64,000 nucleotides of DNA from Phyllobates terribilis (lineage: Eukaryota): positions 67,828,001 through 67,892,000 of the forward strand of contig NW_027362765.1 of the NCBI RefSeq assembly GCF_046119375.1, read 5' to 3'. Made by a program: the position numbers and the translations under genes. Below, one piece after another: positions 1 through 9,721 of the stretch. How positions within the stretch are numbered: the first letter of the stretch is position 1; each line of letters starts with the position of its first letter. Below the pieces are notes generated by a model, which saw only the letters and a list, made by a program, of their open reading frames with translations, searched no databases and was not told the origin of the DNA.

Positions 1-124
1 ACTGAAACAGCGGGGAACGAGGAGCAGTAAGTATGTATTTATTTATAAATCAATGTGTACTGATAATACTGGAGGACTGGGGCTGCATTTTACCCTATGG
101 TGGGGGGGGGGCTGCATTTTACCC

Positions 125-1254
125 TATACTGCATACAGGACCATGGGGAGTGCATTATACTGTGTTGAGGACCATGGGGAGAGCATTATGCTATGCGGAG
201 GACTATAGGAAGCGCATTTTGCTGTGTGGAGGACCATGGGGAGAGCATTATGCAGTGTGCAGGACCATGGGGAGTTCATTATACTGCATGTAAGACCATG
301 GGGAGTTCATTATACTGCATGGAGGACCATGGGGAGAGCATTATGCAGTGTGCAGGACCATGGGGAGTTCATTATACTGCGTGTAAGACCATGGGGAGTT
401 CATTATACTGCATGGAGGGCCTTGGGGAGTGCATTAAACTGTGTGGAGGACCATAGGGAGCGCATTATACTGTTTGGAGGACCATAGGGAGTGCACTATA
501 CTGTGTGGAGGACCATGGGGAGTTCATTATATTGAGTGTAGGACCATGGGGAGTTCATTATTCTGCGTGGAGAACCATGGGGAGCGCATTATACTGTGTG
601 GAGGACCATAGGTAGCGCATTATACTGTGGGGAGGACCATGGGGACTGCATTATACTGCATGGAGGACCATAGGGAGTGCATTATACTGCGTGGAGGACC
701 ACGGGGAGTGCATTATACTGCGTGGAGGACCACGGGGAGTGCATTATACTGTGTGGATGACCATAGGGAGTGCATTATACTGCGTGGAAGACCATAGGGA
801 CTGCATTATACTGTGCGGAGGACCATAGGGAGTGCATTATACTGAGTGGAGGACTATCAGGAGTGCATTATACTGCGTGCAGGACCATGGCGAGTGCATT
901 ATACTGTGTGGAGGACCATTTTGAATGCATTATACTGTGTGGATTACCATGGCGCGTGTCTTATCCTGTGTGGAGGACCATGGCAAGTGTCTTATACTGT
1001 GTGGAGGACCATGGCGAGTGTCTTATACTGTGTGGAGGACCATGGCGAGTGTCTTATACTGTGTGGAGGACCATGGCGAGAGTCTTATACTGTGTGGAGG
1101 ACCATGGCGAGCGTCTTATACTGTGTGGAGGACCATGGAGAGCATCTGATACTGTGTGGAGGACCATGGCGAGTGCATTATACTGTGTAGAGGACCATGG
1201 CGAGGGCATTATACTGTGTGAAGGACTATGGCGAGTGCATTATACTGTGTGGAG
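125..1254. repeat. 31-bp minisatellite, left block (consensus about GGAGGACCATGGGGAGTGCATTATACTGTGT)
   Basis: The unit is visible directly. ORFs over it repeat every 31 aa (3 x 31 nt). It is interrupted at 1255 by an LTR element. Confidence 0.95.
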
Positions 1255-1822
1255 TGTAGCATCGGCGTCTCTGCCTCCTGCCGGGCAGAGACGCCGTTCC
1301 CCTCACCGCCGCGGTCCAGGTCCGGCGTCCTCCCGCTCCCTTGCTGCTGTGGCGCACACCGCGCGCAGCTTCCCGGGCTCTGTGCTTAGGGCGCGCGCTT
1401 CCTCCCTCTTAAAGGGGCCGTGCGCGCCGTCCTATAGAGTCCCCGGCTGATGGCCGGAGGACTGCCCCTATATGAGGCACCTCCTTCAAAATGGAGGTGC
1501 CTGTGCAAGGTTGTTGTTCTGTGTGCTAACACTTGCTTCAGCCCTCAGGTCCAGCGGTCTACAGTCCTGCCTGCCAGTCTGTCTACAGTCCTGCCCGCCA
1601 GTCTGTCTACAGTCCTGCCCACCAGCTTACTTACCTGGAAGCACCTGCCAGTTACCTGCCATGCCCACCAGCCTGCTTACCTGGAAGCACCAGTCTGTTA
1701 CCTGCTGTGCCCGCCAGCCAGCCTACCTGGAGCACTTGCTTGTTACCTGCCGTACTTAGTCACGCCCCTCTGGTCCCTCCTTGCACCGAAGCACAGAGGT
1801 TCCACCACCTGGACCTGTAACA
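1255..1822 (+). repeat. 5' LTR of chromovirus (568 bp)
   Basis: Starts TGTAGCATC and ends TGTAACA. TATA at 1469. Homologous to 5799-6338 at both ends. Confidence 0.92.
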
Positions 1823-1823
1823 G

Positions 1824-1834
1824 TTTGCACAGGC
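1824..1834 (+). promoter_or_regulatory. Self-priming primer-binding site (complementary to LTR 1499-1509)
   Basis: TTGCACAGGC (1825-1834) is the exact reverse complement of GCCTGTGCAA (1499-1508), 30 nt after the TATA box. There is no TGG-type tRNA PBS. Confidence 0.75.
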
Positions 1835-1835
1835 C

Positions 1836-2669
1836 ATGGAACCCGGTGGCCCCCAGACTCCTTCACTCTCTGACCTGTACCAGGAGGTCTCACATCAGAG
1901 ATCCCAACAGGAGACTATCCTGTCCTATCTGCGGTCTGTCAACTCCCGCCTGGACATGCTGTCCACCCCGTCTGTGTACATCTCTAGCCGAGCGGCACCC
2001 CAACCTACTGGCGCTATGGCATCCGGCTCCGGACCCCGGCTCTCTGCGCCTCCATGTTTTGATGGTGACCCCGTCTTATGTCGGGGCTTCCTAAATCAGT
2101 GCACGCTGCACTTTGAACTCCTGGCACATCAGTTCCCCTCTGACCGGGCCAAGGTGGCGTTCATCATGTCTCACCTCACTGGGGAGGCATTGGCATGGCT
2201 AAACCCTCTGTGGGAAAGAGGGGATCCCCTGGTATCTGATCTTCTGGCTTTCCTCGCTGCCTTCCGGAAGGTCTTCAATGAGCCCGGACGAAAATCTTCT
2301 ACTGCCTTCTCACTTCTCTGTCTCCGCCAATTGAGTCTCTCCGTTGGCCAGTATGCCATACGTTTCCGAACTCTCGCATCCGAGTTTGCCTGGAACAACG
2401 AGGCCCTGGTGTCCACCTTCTGGGAGGGTCTTTCCGGTGGGATCAAGGATGAGCTAGCGGGTCGTGACATCCCTTCCACCCTGGACGGCTTGGTGTCATT
2501 AGCTACCCGGATTGACATCCGTTTTCAGGAGCCCATGCAAATTGACCAAACCAACATGGTCAAGTCTCGCCAGGAGACGCGCCGAGCCGAGGGGAGTTGC
2601 TTCTACTGTGGCAGTAAAGAGCATCTGATCCAATCCTGCCCGGTGAGGCCGGGAAACTCCAGTGTCTAG
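1836..2669 (+). CDS. gag: Gag of sushi-type retrotransposon (PEG10/RTL1-like capsid, CCHC knuckle), probably internally deleted
   Basis: 277-aa ORF with FDGDP..CRGFLNQC, DRAKVAFIMSHLTGEALAW and CFYCGSKEHLIQSC. RFQE runs directly into PMQID, which suggests a deletion. Confidence 0.9.
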   Translation: MEPGGPQTPSLSDLYQEVSHQRSQQETILSYLRSVNSRLDMLSTPSVYISSRAAPQPTGAMASGSGPRLSAPPCFDGDPVLCRGFLNQCTLHFELLAHQFPSDRAKVAFIMSHLTGEALAWLNPLWERGDPLVSDLLAFLAAFRKVFNEPGRKSSTAFSLLCLRQLSLSVGQYAIRFRTLASEFAWNNEALVSTFWEGLSGGIKDELAGRDIPSTLDGLVSLATRIDIRFQEPMQIDQTNMVKSRQETRRAEGSCFYCGSKEHLIQSCPVRPGNSSV

Positions 2670-2713
2670 GATGGCTCGGAGAGGTCGTCCTAGGCAAGAG
2701 TAAATCCTCTCCG
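2651..2713 (+). promoter_or_regulatory. -1 ribosomal frameshift signal: G GGA AAC plus H-type pseudoknot
   Basis: Heptamer at 2651-2657. Stem 1 pairs 2666-2675 with 2684-2693; stem 2 pairs CGGAGAG (2677-2683) with CTCTCCG (2707-2713). The -1 frame reads GKLQCLG...HLDSGAAGN (protease). Confidence 0.75.
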
Positions 2714-5700
2714 TCCTTGACTCTGTCTGCTTCTATTTCCAGTGGTGAGACCCGCTTCTTTGAGATTGCCCATCTGGATTCCGGAGCCGCTGGGAATCTC
2801 ATTCAACAGGCTGTTGTGGAGCGGTATCAGATTCTTACGTACGTCTGGCTGAACCGTTGGCGGTTGACTCCGTAGATGGCAGGCTTCTTCCGGAGACCAT
2901 CTTGCTTGTCACAGAGCCTGTAACCCTTCAGGTGGGAATGCTGCACTCGGAGAACATCTCCTTTCATGTGCTGTCTGGTCTCTCTCACTCCCTCTTGCTT
3001 GGTCTACCCTGGTTAAAAAGACATGAGCCCGTCCTGAATTGGAGATCTGGTGAAGTGCTCTGTTGGGGTCAGGAATGCCATGAGTCCTGCCTGGTTCCAG
3101 TTCGTCCAGCTCGACTTCCATCTACTCCGGCTAATCTACCTGGTTTGCCAGCACCCTACTGGTCCTATGCGGACGTCTTCGACAAGAAGGAAGCAGAGAC
3201 ACTACCACCTCATAGGCCGTATGATTGCCCCATCGACCTGGTACCTGGTGCTTCTCCTCCCCGCGGGCGCATCTACCCCTTGTCGCTGGCTGAGACCCGG
3301 GCCATGTCTGAGTACATTGAGGAGAATCTTGCTATGGGATTTATCCAGAAATCCACCTCTCCGGCTGGAGCAGGGTTCTTCTTCGTCAAGAAGAAAGACG
3401 GCTCTCTACGTCCCTGTATCGATTACAGGGGTCTTAACCAGATTACCATCAAAAATAAGTACCCCTGCCTCTCATCTCGGAGCTGTTCGACAGCCTTAAA
3501 GGTGCGAAAATCTTCACCAAGCTCGATCTTCGTGGGGCGTACAATTTGGTCCGGATCCGCCAGGGAGACGAGTGGAAGACGGCATTCAACACTCGGAACG
3601 GTCAATAAGAATACCGCATAATGCCCTTTGGTCTCTGTAATGCTCCAGATGTTTGTCAGGTTCTGCTAAGGCTCCGGCAGAATCGCCTGTACGCTAAATT
3701 TGAGAAATGCCTCTTTGAGCAGACCTCTCTACCGTTCATGGGCTATATTATCTCCGAGACTGGTCTGCGGATGGATCCCGAGAAGGTCTCTGCCATCTTA
3801 AAGTGGCCCCGACCGGAGGGGTTGAAGGCGATTCAGCGATTCCTGGGCTTCAGAAATTATTACCGCCTCTTCATTCCTCATTTCTCCTCCTGGACTGCTA
3901 CTATCTCCGCGCTCACCCGTAAAGGAGCAAATCCCAGGGAATGGACTTCCGAAGCGGAGGAGGCCTTCGTCTCCTTAAAACAAGCCTTCTCCTCCGCTCC
4001 TGTGCTACACCGTCCGGATTGCAACAAGCAGTTCTTCCTGGAGGTTGATGCATCCTCCTCCGGAGCAGTGCTCACCCAGAAATCCTCATCCGGGAGAATG
4101 GTAACCGGCAGCTTCTTCTCCAAGCTCTTCTCCTCGTCCATGCACAACTACTACATAGGAGATCATGAGCTGCTGGCCATCAAATTAGCACTGGAGGAGT
4201 GGCGCTACTTGCTGGAGGGGGCTCTGCACCCAGTGGTCATCTACACTGACCACAAAAACCTTGCTTATTTTCAGAACGCCCAAAGATTAAATCTGCGTCA
4301 GGCCAGGTGGTCTCTATTCTTTGCCCGATTCTGCTTCACTCTGCATTACCGCCCGGCCGACAAGAACATTAAACCTGCCGCTCTATCCTGCTCATTCTTG
4401 TCTTCCGACCAAGAGGAGGAGCCTCTACATATCATCGACCCCTCCAAAGTAATGACTGTGACTCTGTTTGACCTGTCTCATCTTCTACCCGGTAAGATCT
4501 TCGTAGCGGTTCTGGATCGTAAGAAGGTTCTACTCTGGAGCCATTCATCCAAACTAGCCGGTCATGCTGGCCAGAGGAAGACCTTTCTGTTCATCGCTCG
4601 ACATTACTGGTGGCCTTCCCTGCGCAAGGATATCGCGGACTTCGTCGCGACTTGTTCCTCCTGTGCCCGTAACAAGGTTCCCAGGCACCTTCCATCCGGC
4701 TGTCTTCTTCCTCTTCCCGTGCCTTCCTCTCCTTGGCAACACATTGCAATGGACTTTATTACGGATCTCCCTGTTTCTGCCGGTTGTACGGTCATTTGGG
4801 TTGTCGCTGACCGCTTTTCTAAAATGGCCCACTTCATCCCTCTGCCTGGTCTTCCGTCTGCATCTGTGCTGGCTAAGGACTTCATCCATCACATTTTTCG
4901 TCTCCACGGCCTACCCTTCCACATTGTGTCTGATCGCGGGGTTCAGTTCACTTCGCGCTTCTGGAGAGCTACGTGTAAGCTGCTGGATGTCTCCTTGGAT
5001 TTCTCCTCTGCTTATCATCCTCAGTCCAACGGTCAAGTGGAACGTATCAACCTGGTTCTTACCAGCTTTCTACGGCACTTTGTCAACGCTCACCATAACG
5101 ATTGGGTTGAGCTACTGCCCTGGGCCTAGTTCTCTTATAATAACCATGAGAGTGAGTCTTCCTCTAAATCCCCATTCTTTGTGGTCTACGGTCAACATCC
5201 CCGGATTCTGTTTTCCATCTCCTCTTCAGTGGACAATCCTGCCACGGAGTCTCTGGTCAGCGAATTTTCTGCTATTTGGGAAGACACTAGATCTGCACTT
5301 CTTCAGTCCTCTGAGCAGATGAAGAAACATGCTGATAAGAGACATCTGGATCCGCCTCTATTCTGTCCGGGAGACAAGGTCTGGCTCTCCTCCAAATATA
5401 TTCGTCTCAAGATACCTTCCTATAAATTGGGTCCGCGGTTCATCGGTCCATTCGAGGTTCTGAACCAAATCAATCCCTTGACTTACAAGTTGAAACCCCC
5501 GGTTTTCCTTACGGATTCCCAACTCCTTTCATGTATCCCTCCTCAAACCTGTTGTCCTTAATTCTTTCTCTGACGATCCAGGTACCGTTCCAGCTCCAGT
5601 CTCTGCTGAGGACGTCTTTGAGGTAGAAAACATTTTGGCCACCAAGAGGGTAAGAGGAAAGACTTTCTTTCTTGTGGATTGGAAGGGGTTTGGCCCTGAG

Positions 5701-5772
5701 GAGAGGTCTTGGGAACCCAGGGAGAACATTCATGCCCCTCATCTTCTTAAAAAATTTATTGCGGGCCTAAAG
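2651..5772 (+). pseudogene. pol: pol (protease, RT, RNase H, integrase, chromodomain), disrupted
   Basis: Motifs [63 protein letters not shown] and LVDWKGFGPEERSWEP. It is split over several frames, and the YLDD segment is missing after MPFGLCNAP (about 3648). Confidence 0.92.
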
Positions 5773-5795
5773 AAGAGGGGGTGTAAAGGGGGGGG
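5770..5795 (+). other. Polypurine tract of chromovirus
   Basis: AAGAAGAGGGGGTGTAAAGGGGGGGG lies just before the 3' LTR. Confidence 0.8.
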
Positions 5796-5798
5796 TAC

Positions 5799-6338
5799 TG
5801 TAGCATCGTCGTCTCTGCCTCCTGCCAAGCAGTGACGCCGTTCCCCTCACCGCCGCGGTCCAGGTCCGGCGTCCTCCCGCTCCCCTGCTGCTGTGGGGCA
5901 CACCGCTCGCAGCTTCCCGGGCTCTGTGCTTAGGGCACGCGCGCGGCCCCTTTAAGAGGGATGGAGCGCGCCAATGGCCGGAGGACTGCCCCTATATGAG
6001 GAGGTGCCTGTGCAAGGTTGTTGTTCCGTGTGCTAACACTTGCTTCAGCCCTCAGGTCCCGCTGTCTACAGTCCTGCCTGCCAGTCTGTCTACAGTCCTA
6101 TCTGCCGAGCCAGCCTGCTTATCTATCAGTTCCTGCCATCTGACCCGTGGGAGTCACCTGCTCTCACACAAGGTTGGTCCCAGAGTGGCACCAGGTCCAC
6201 CTGCCCAGTCCCTCCCTGGTTCATGGAGTCGATTGAGCCGCCATGCGACCTTGATCAGGCTGAGTAGGCACTTAGTCACACCACTCTGGTTCCTCCTTGC
6301 ACCGAAGCACAGAGGTTCCACCACCTGGACCCGTAACA
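5799..6338 (+). repeat. 3' LTR of chromovirus (540 bp)
   Basis: Starts TGTAGCATCG and ends CGTAACA. Its central part is not alignable to the 5' LTR. Confidence 0.9.
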
Positions 6339-6615
6339 TCAAGGACCATGGCGAGTGCATTATACTGTGTGGAGAACCAAGGAGAGTGTCTTATACTGTG
6401 TGGAGGACCATGGGGAGTGCATTATACTGAGTGGAGGATCATGGGGAGTGCATTATACTGAGTGGAGGATAATGGTGAGTTCATTATAATGCATGGAAGA
6501 CCATGAGGAGTGCATTATACTGAGTGGAGGACCATGGTGAGTGCATTATACTGTATGCAAGACCATGGGGAGTGCATTATACTGTGTGGAGGACCATGGC
6601 GAGTGCATTATACTG
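6339..6615. repeat. 31-bp minisatellite, right block
   Basis: Same unit as 125-1254, resuming in register after the LTR. Confidence 0.93.
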
Positions 6616-8025
6616 CTCACCCCATCCCCATCATTGCTCTCCCCAGGCCCATCATTGCTCTCCCCATCCTTATCATTGCTCTCCCCATCCCCACCATCCT
6701 CGTCATTGCTCTCCCCTTCACTACCATTGCTCTTTCCATCCCCATCATTGCTCTTCCCAGCCCCATTATTGCTCTTCCCAGCCCCATCATTGCTCTTCCC
6801 AGTCCCTTCATTGCTCTTCCCAGCCTGTCATTGCTCTCCCCAGCCCCATTATTGCTCTCCCCAGCCCCATAAATGCTCTCCCCAGCCCGTCATTGCTCTC
6901 CCCAGCCCCATCATTGCTCTCCCCAGCCCATCATTGCTCTCCCCAGCCCCATTATTGCTCTCTCCATCATTGCTCTCCCCAGCCCCATTATTGCTCACAC
7001 CAGACCCATCATTGCTCACCCCAGACCCATCATTGCTCACCCCAACCTCATCATTGCTCCCCCCAGCCTCAGCATTGCTCTCCCCATTCCCATCATTGCT
7101 CACCCCAGCCCCATCATTGCTCACTCCAGCCCCGTCATTGCTATCTCCAGCCCCATCTTTGCTCACCCCAGCCTCATCATTTATCTCCCAATCCCCATCA
7201 TTGCTCACTCCAACCTCATAATTTCTCACCCCAGCCCCATCATTGCTCACCCCATCCCCATCATTGCTCACCTCATCCCCATCATTGCTCTCCCCAGCCC
7301 CATCATTGCTCTCCCCAGCCCCACCATCCCATCATTGCTCTCCCCAGCCCCATCATTGCTCTCCCCATCCTTATCATTGCTCTCCCCATCCCCACCATCC
7401 TCATCATTGCTCTCCCCTTCACTACCATTGCTCTTCCCATCCCCATCATTGCTCTTCCCAGCCCCATTATTGCTCTTCCCAGCCCCATCAATGCTCTTCC
7501 CAGCCCCTACATTGCTCTCCCCAGCCCGTCGTTGCTCTCCCCAGCCCCATCATTGCTCTTCCTAGCCCCATCATTGCTCTCCCCATCCCCATCATTGCTC
7601 TCCCCATCACCCAAGCCCCATCATTTATCTCCCCATCCCCATAATTGCTCACCCCAACCTCATCATTTCTCACTCCAACCTCATCATTGCTCACCCCAGC
7701 CCCATCATTTCTCTTTCCATACCCATCATTGCTCACCCCAGCCCCATCATTGCTCACCCCAACCTCATCATTGCTCTCCCCAGCCCCATCATTGCTCACC
7801 CCAGCCCCATCATTGCTCACCCAACCTCATCATTGCTCACCCCAGCCCCATCATTGCTCTCTCCAGCCCCATCATTGCTCTCCCCATCCCCATCATTTCT
7901 CTCCCCATCCCCATCATTTCTCTCCCCATCCCCATCATTGCTCATCTCAGCCCCAACATTGCTCACACCAGCCCCATCATTGCTCTCTCCAGCCCTGTCA
8001 TTGCTCTCTCTAGCCCCATCACCCA
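6616..8025. repeat. 21-bp minisatellite (CCCAGCCCCATCATTGCTCTC)n
   Basis: Visible directly. It produces 7-aa periodic ORFs (HHCSPQP / PSPIIAL / SLLSPAP). Confidence 0.95.
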
Positions 8026-8459
8026 GGAAGCAGAGGTGAGGACAGATCCTTGCAGCTCCTCTCCGCTGCCACTTTAGTCCTGTCAGCAGCAGAGCTGCAG
8101 GGATCGCTCCCTGCCCGCCGCATATCATGAGAGCAATTTGGCCATGGGCCCCCAGGAGCCTGGGGCTCCAAGAAGCAGGCCAGATTGCCCTCATCATTAG
8201 CTGCCTGGCAAGGGCCCCCCTACACCACCGGACCCTGGTGCAGTTGCACGGAGGTAGGTCCGCCCCTGCATCTAAGTAACACTGCAACGCTGGGAGGTAG
8301 GGAAGCGCTCATCATCTCCCCACCCCGACGTGCAGTAAAGTAATGAGGTAGCACACTGCTTAACTTGTCATTCTGCTGCTGTGATCACTGAGCTGCAGAA
8401 GCGGCAAGGATGCGTTGTGCTTGCATATTATAGAGCAGTTGGGAAAACTGAGAGGGAGC

Positions 8460-8860
8460 AGTATAGGGGGTAGGTGGACCATACAGAGAAGTGTTGGAAC
8501 AGTATCGAGAGGAATAAACATGGGGGACAATATGGAGAAGTGGGGCACATTATGGAGAAGATCCGGGGCCATATGGAGAAATGGGAGTGTGGATGACCAT
8601 ATGGAGAAGTGAGTGTTCAATATTAAGAAGTGGGGGACAGTATGGAGAGGTGGGAGCATAGGGGACAATATGGAAAAGTGGGAGAACAGGATGGAGAATT
8701 GGGAGCGTGTGGGGACAATGTGGAGAAGTGGGAGTATGAAGGGATTGTATGGAGAAGTAGGGGAACAGTATGTAGAGAGGGGAGCGTGGGGGTACAGTAT
8801 GGAGAGGTGAGCGCTTTGGGGACAATATGGAGAAGTGGGAGTACAGCATGGAGAAGTTGG
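8460..8860. repeat. Degenerate purine-rich tandem repeat (ATGGAGAAGTGGG motifs)
   Basis: TATGGAGAAGTGGG/GGGGACA motifs recur at roughly 30-bp spacing and are highly diverged. Confidence 0.6.
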
Positions 8861-9721
8861 ATTCATGTACTGACCGTGGATATGGTAATGGATTCATGTA
8901 CTAACCGTGGTCCCGATCGTGTACAAATGTACCAATCCATAATTTATCAGAAGTCGTCACCCAGCTGAGTCGGTCAGCTTTCTTCCACTGGTTCCCTACT
9001 GTGGCTGTCACCCTACTGCCGCCGTCACCCTGCTGCCAAAGTGGGAAAGGTACCTTATAGAGCCGAAGTTTATAGAGACTTTTATTGTATATGAGGGATT
9101 TTAATGTGAAGTCACAGTATTGTATGGTTAGTATGCAGATGAGGAAAAGTGTGATTCTAGTGCTGTATTCATCTAGTGACAGTGGTTCTGACACTGCATT
9201 CATTTACCAATAGTGGTTCTCGTGCTGCATTCATGTACTAACTGTGGTTCTCCTGCCGCATTCATGTACTGATGGTGGTCCTGTGTATAGGTGAGCTGTG
9301 GGTCCACCACACTGTGTATAGGGAATCTGGGGGCATTATATTAAGCTGGGGGCATTATATTGTGTATAGTGGAGCTATGGGCCCATCATACTGTATATAG
9401 GGGAGCTGTGGGGACATCAAACTCTGTATAAGGTAGCTGTGGTTCCACCATACTGTATATAAATTAGCTGTATATTGGGGGTCCCAGTAACGATATCCGG
9501 GTCACCAGGCACTAGCAAGGTGGTTTGATCATGCGCAGTGCATGATCAAACTATCTTGTGTCTGCAGCACTGACAGTTATGAGGTATAGCAGTGATCCTG
9601 CACTGCTATACCTTATAAATGCAATCAGATTGCAAAATGTGGAAGTCCCATAGTGGGACTAAGTAAAAAAGTAAAAAAAAAGTTGTAAAAATCTTTAAAA
9701 AAAAATCATAAATACATATAC

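Larger units (their letters stand above)
1255..6338 (+). mobile_element. Ty3/Gypsy chromovirus (Tf1/sushi group) LTR retrotransposon, defective
   Basis: TG...CA LTRs at both ends; gag with CCHC knuckle; PR-RT-RNaseH-IN order; C-terminal chromodomain; polypurine tract; frameshifts and an RT deletion. Flanks are TGGAG / TCAAG. Confidence 0.95.

Noticed and set aside
33-1450. Many overlapping Cys/His/Trp-rich ORFs
   Set aside because: They are translations of the 31-bp minisatellite, with the same motifs cycling through all frames.
6510-8077. 517-aa His/Pro/Ser-rich ORF and companions
   Set aside because: The 21-bp unit has no stop in any plus frame; there is no splice or domain evidence.
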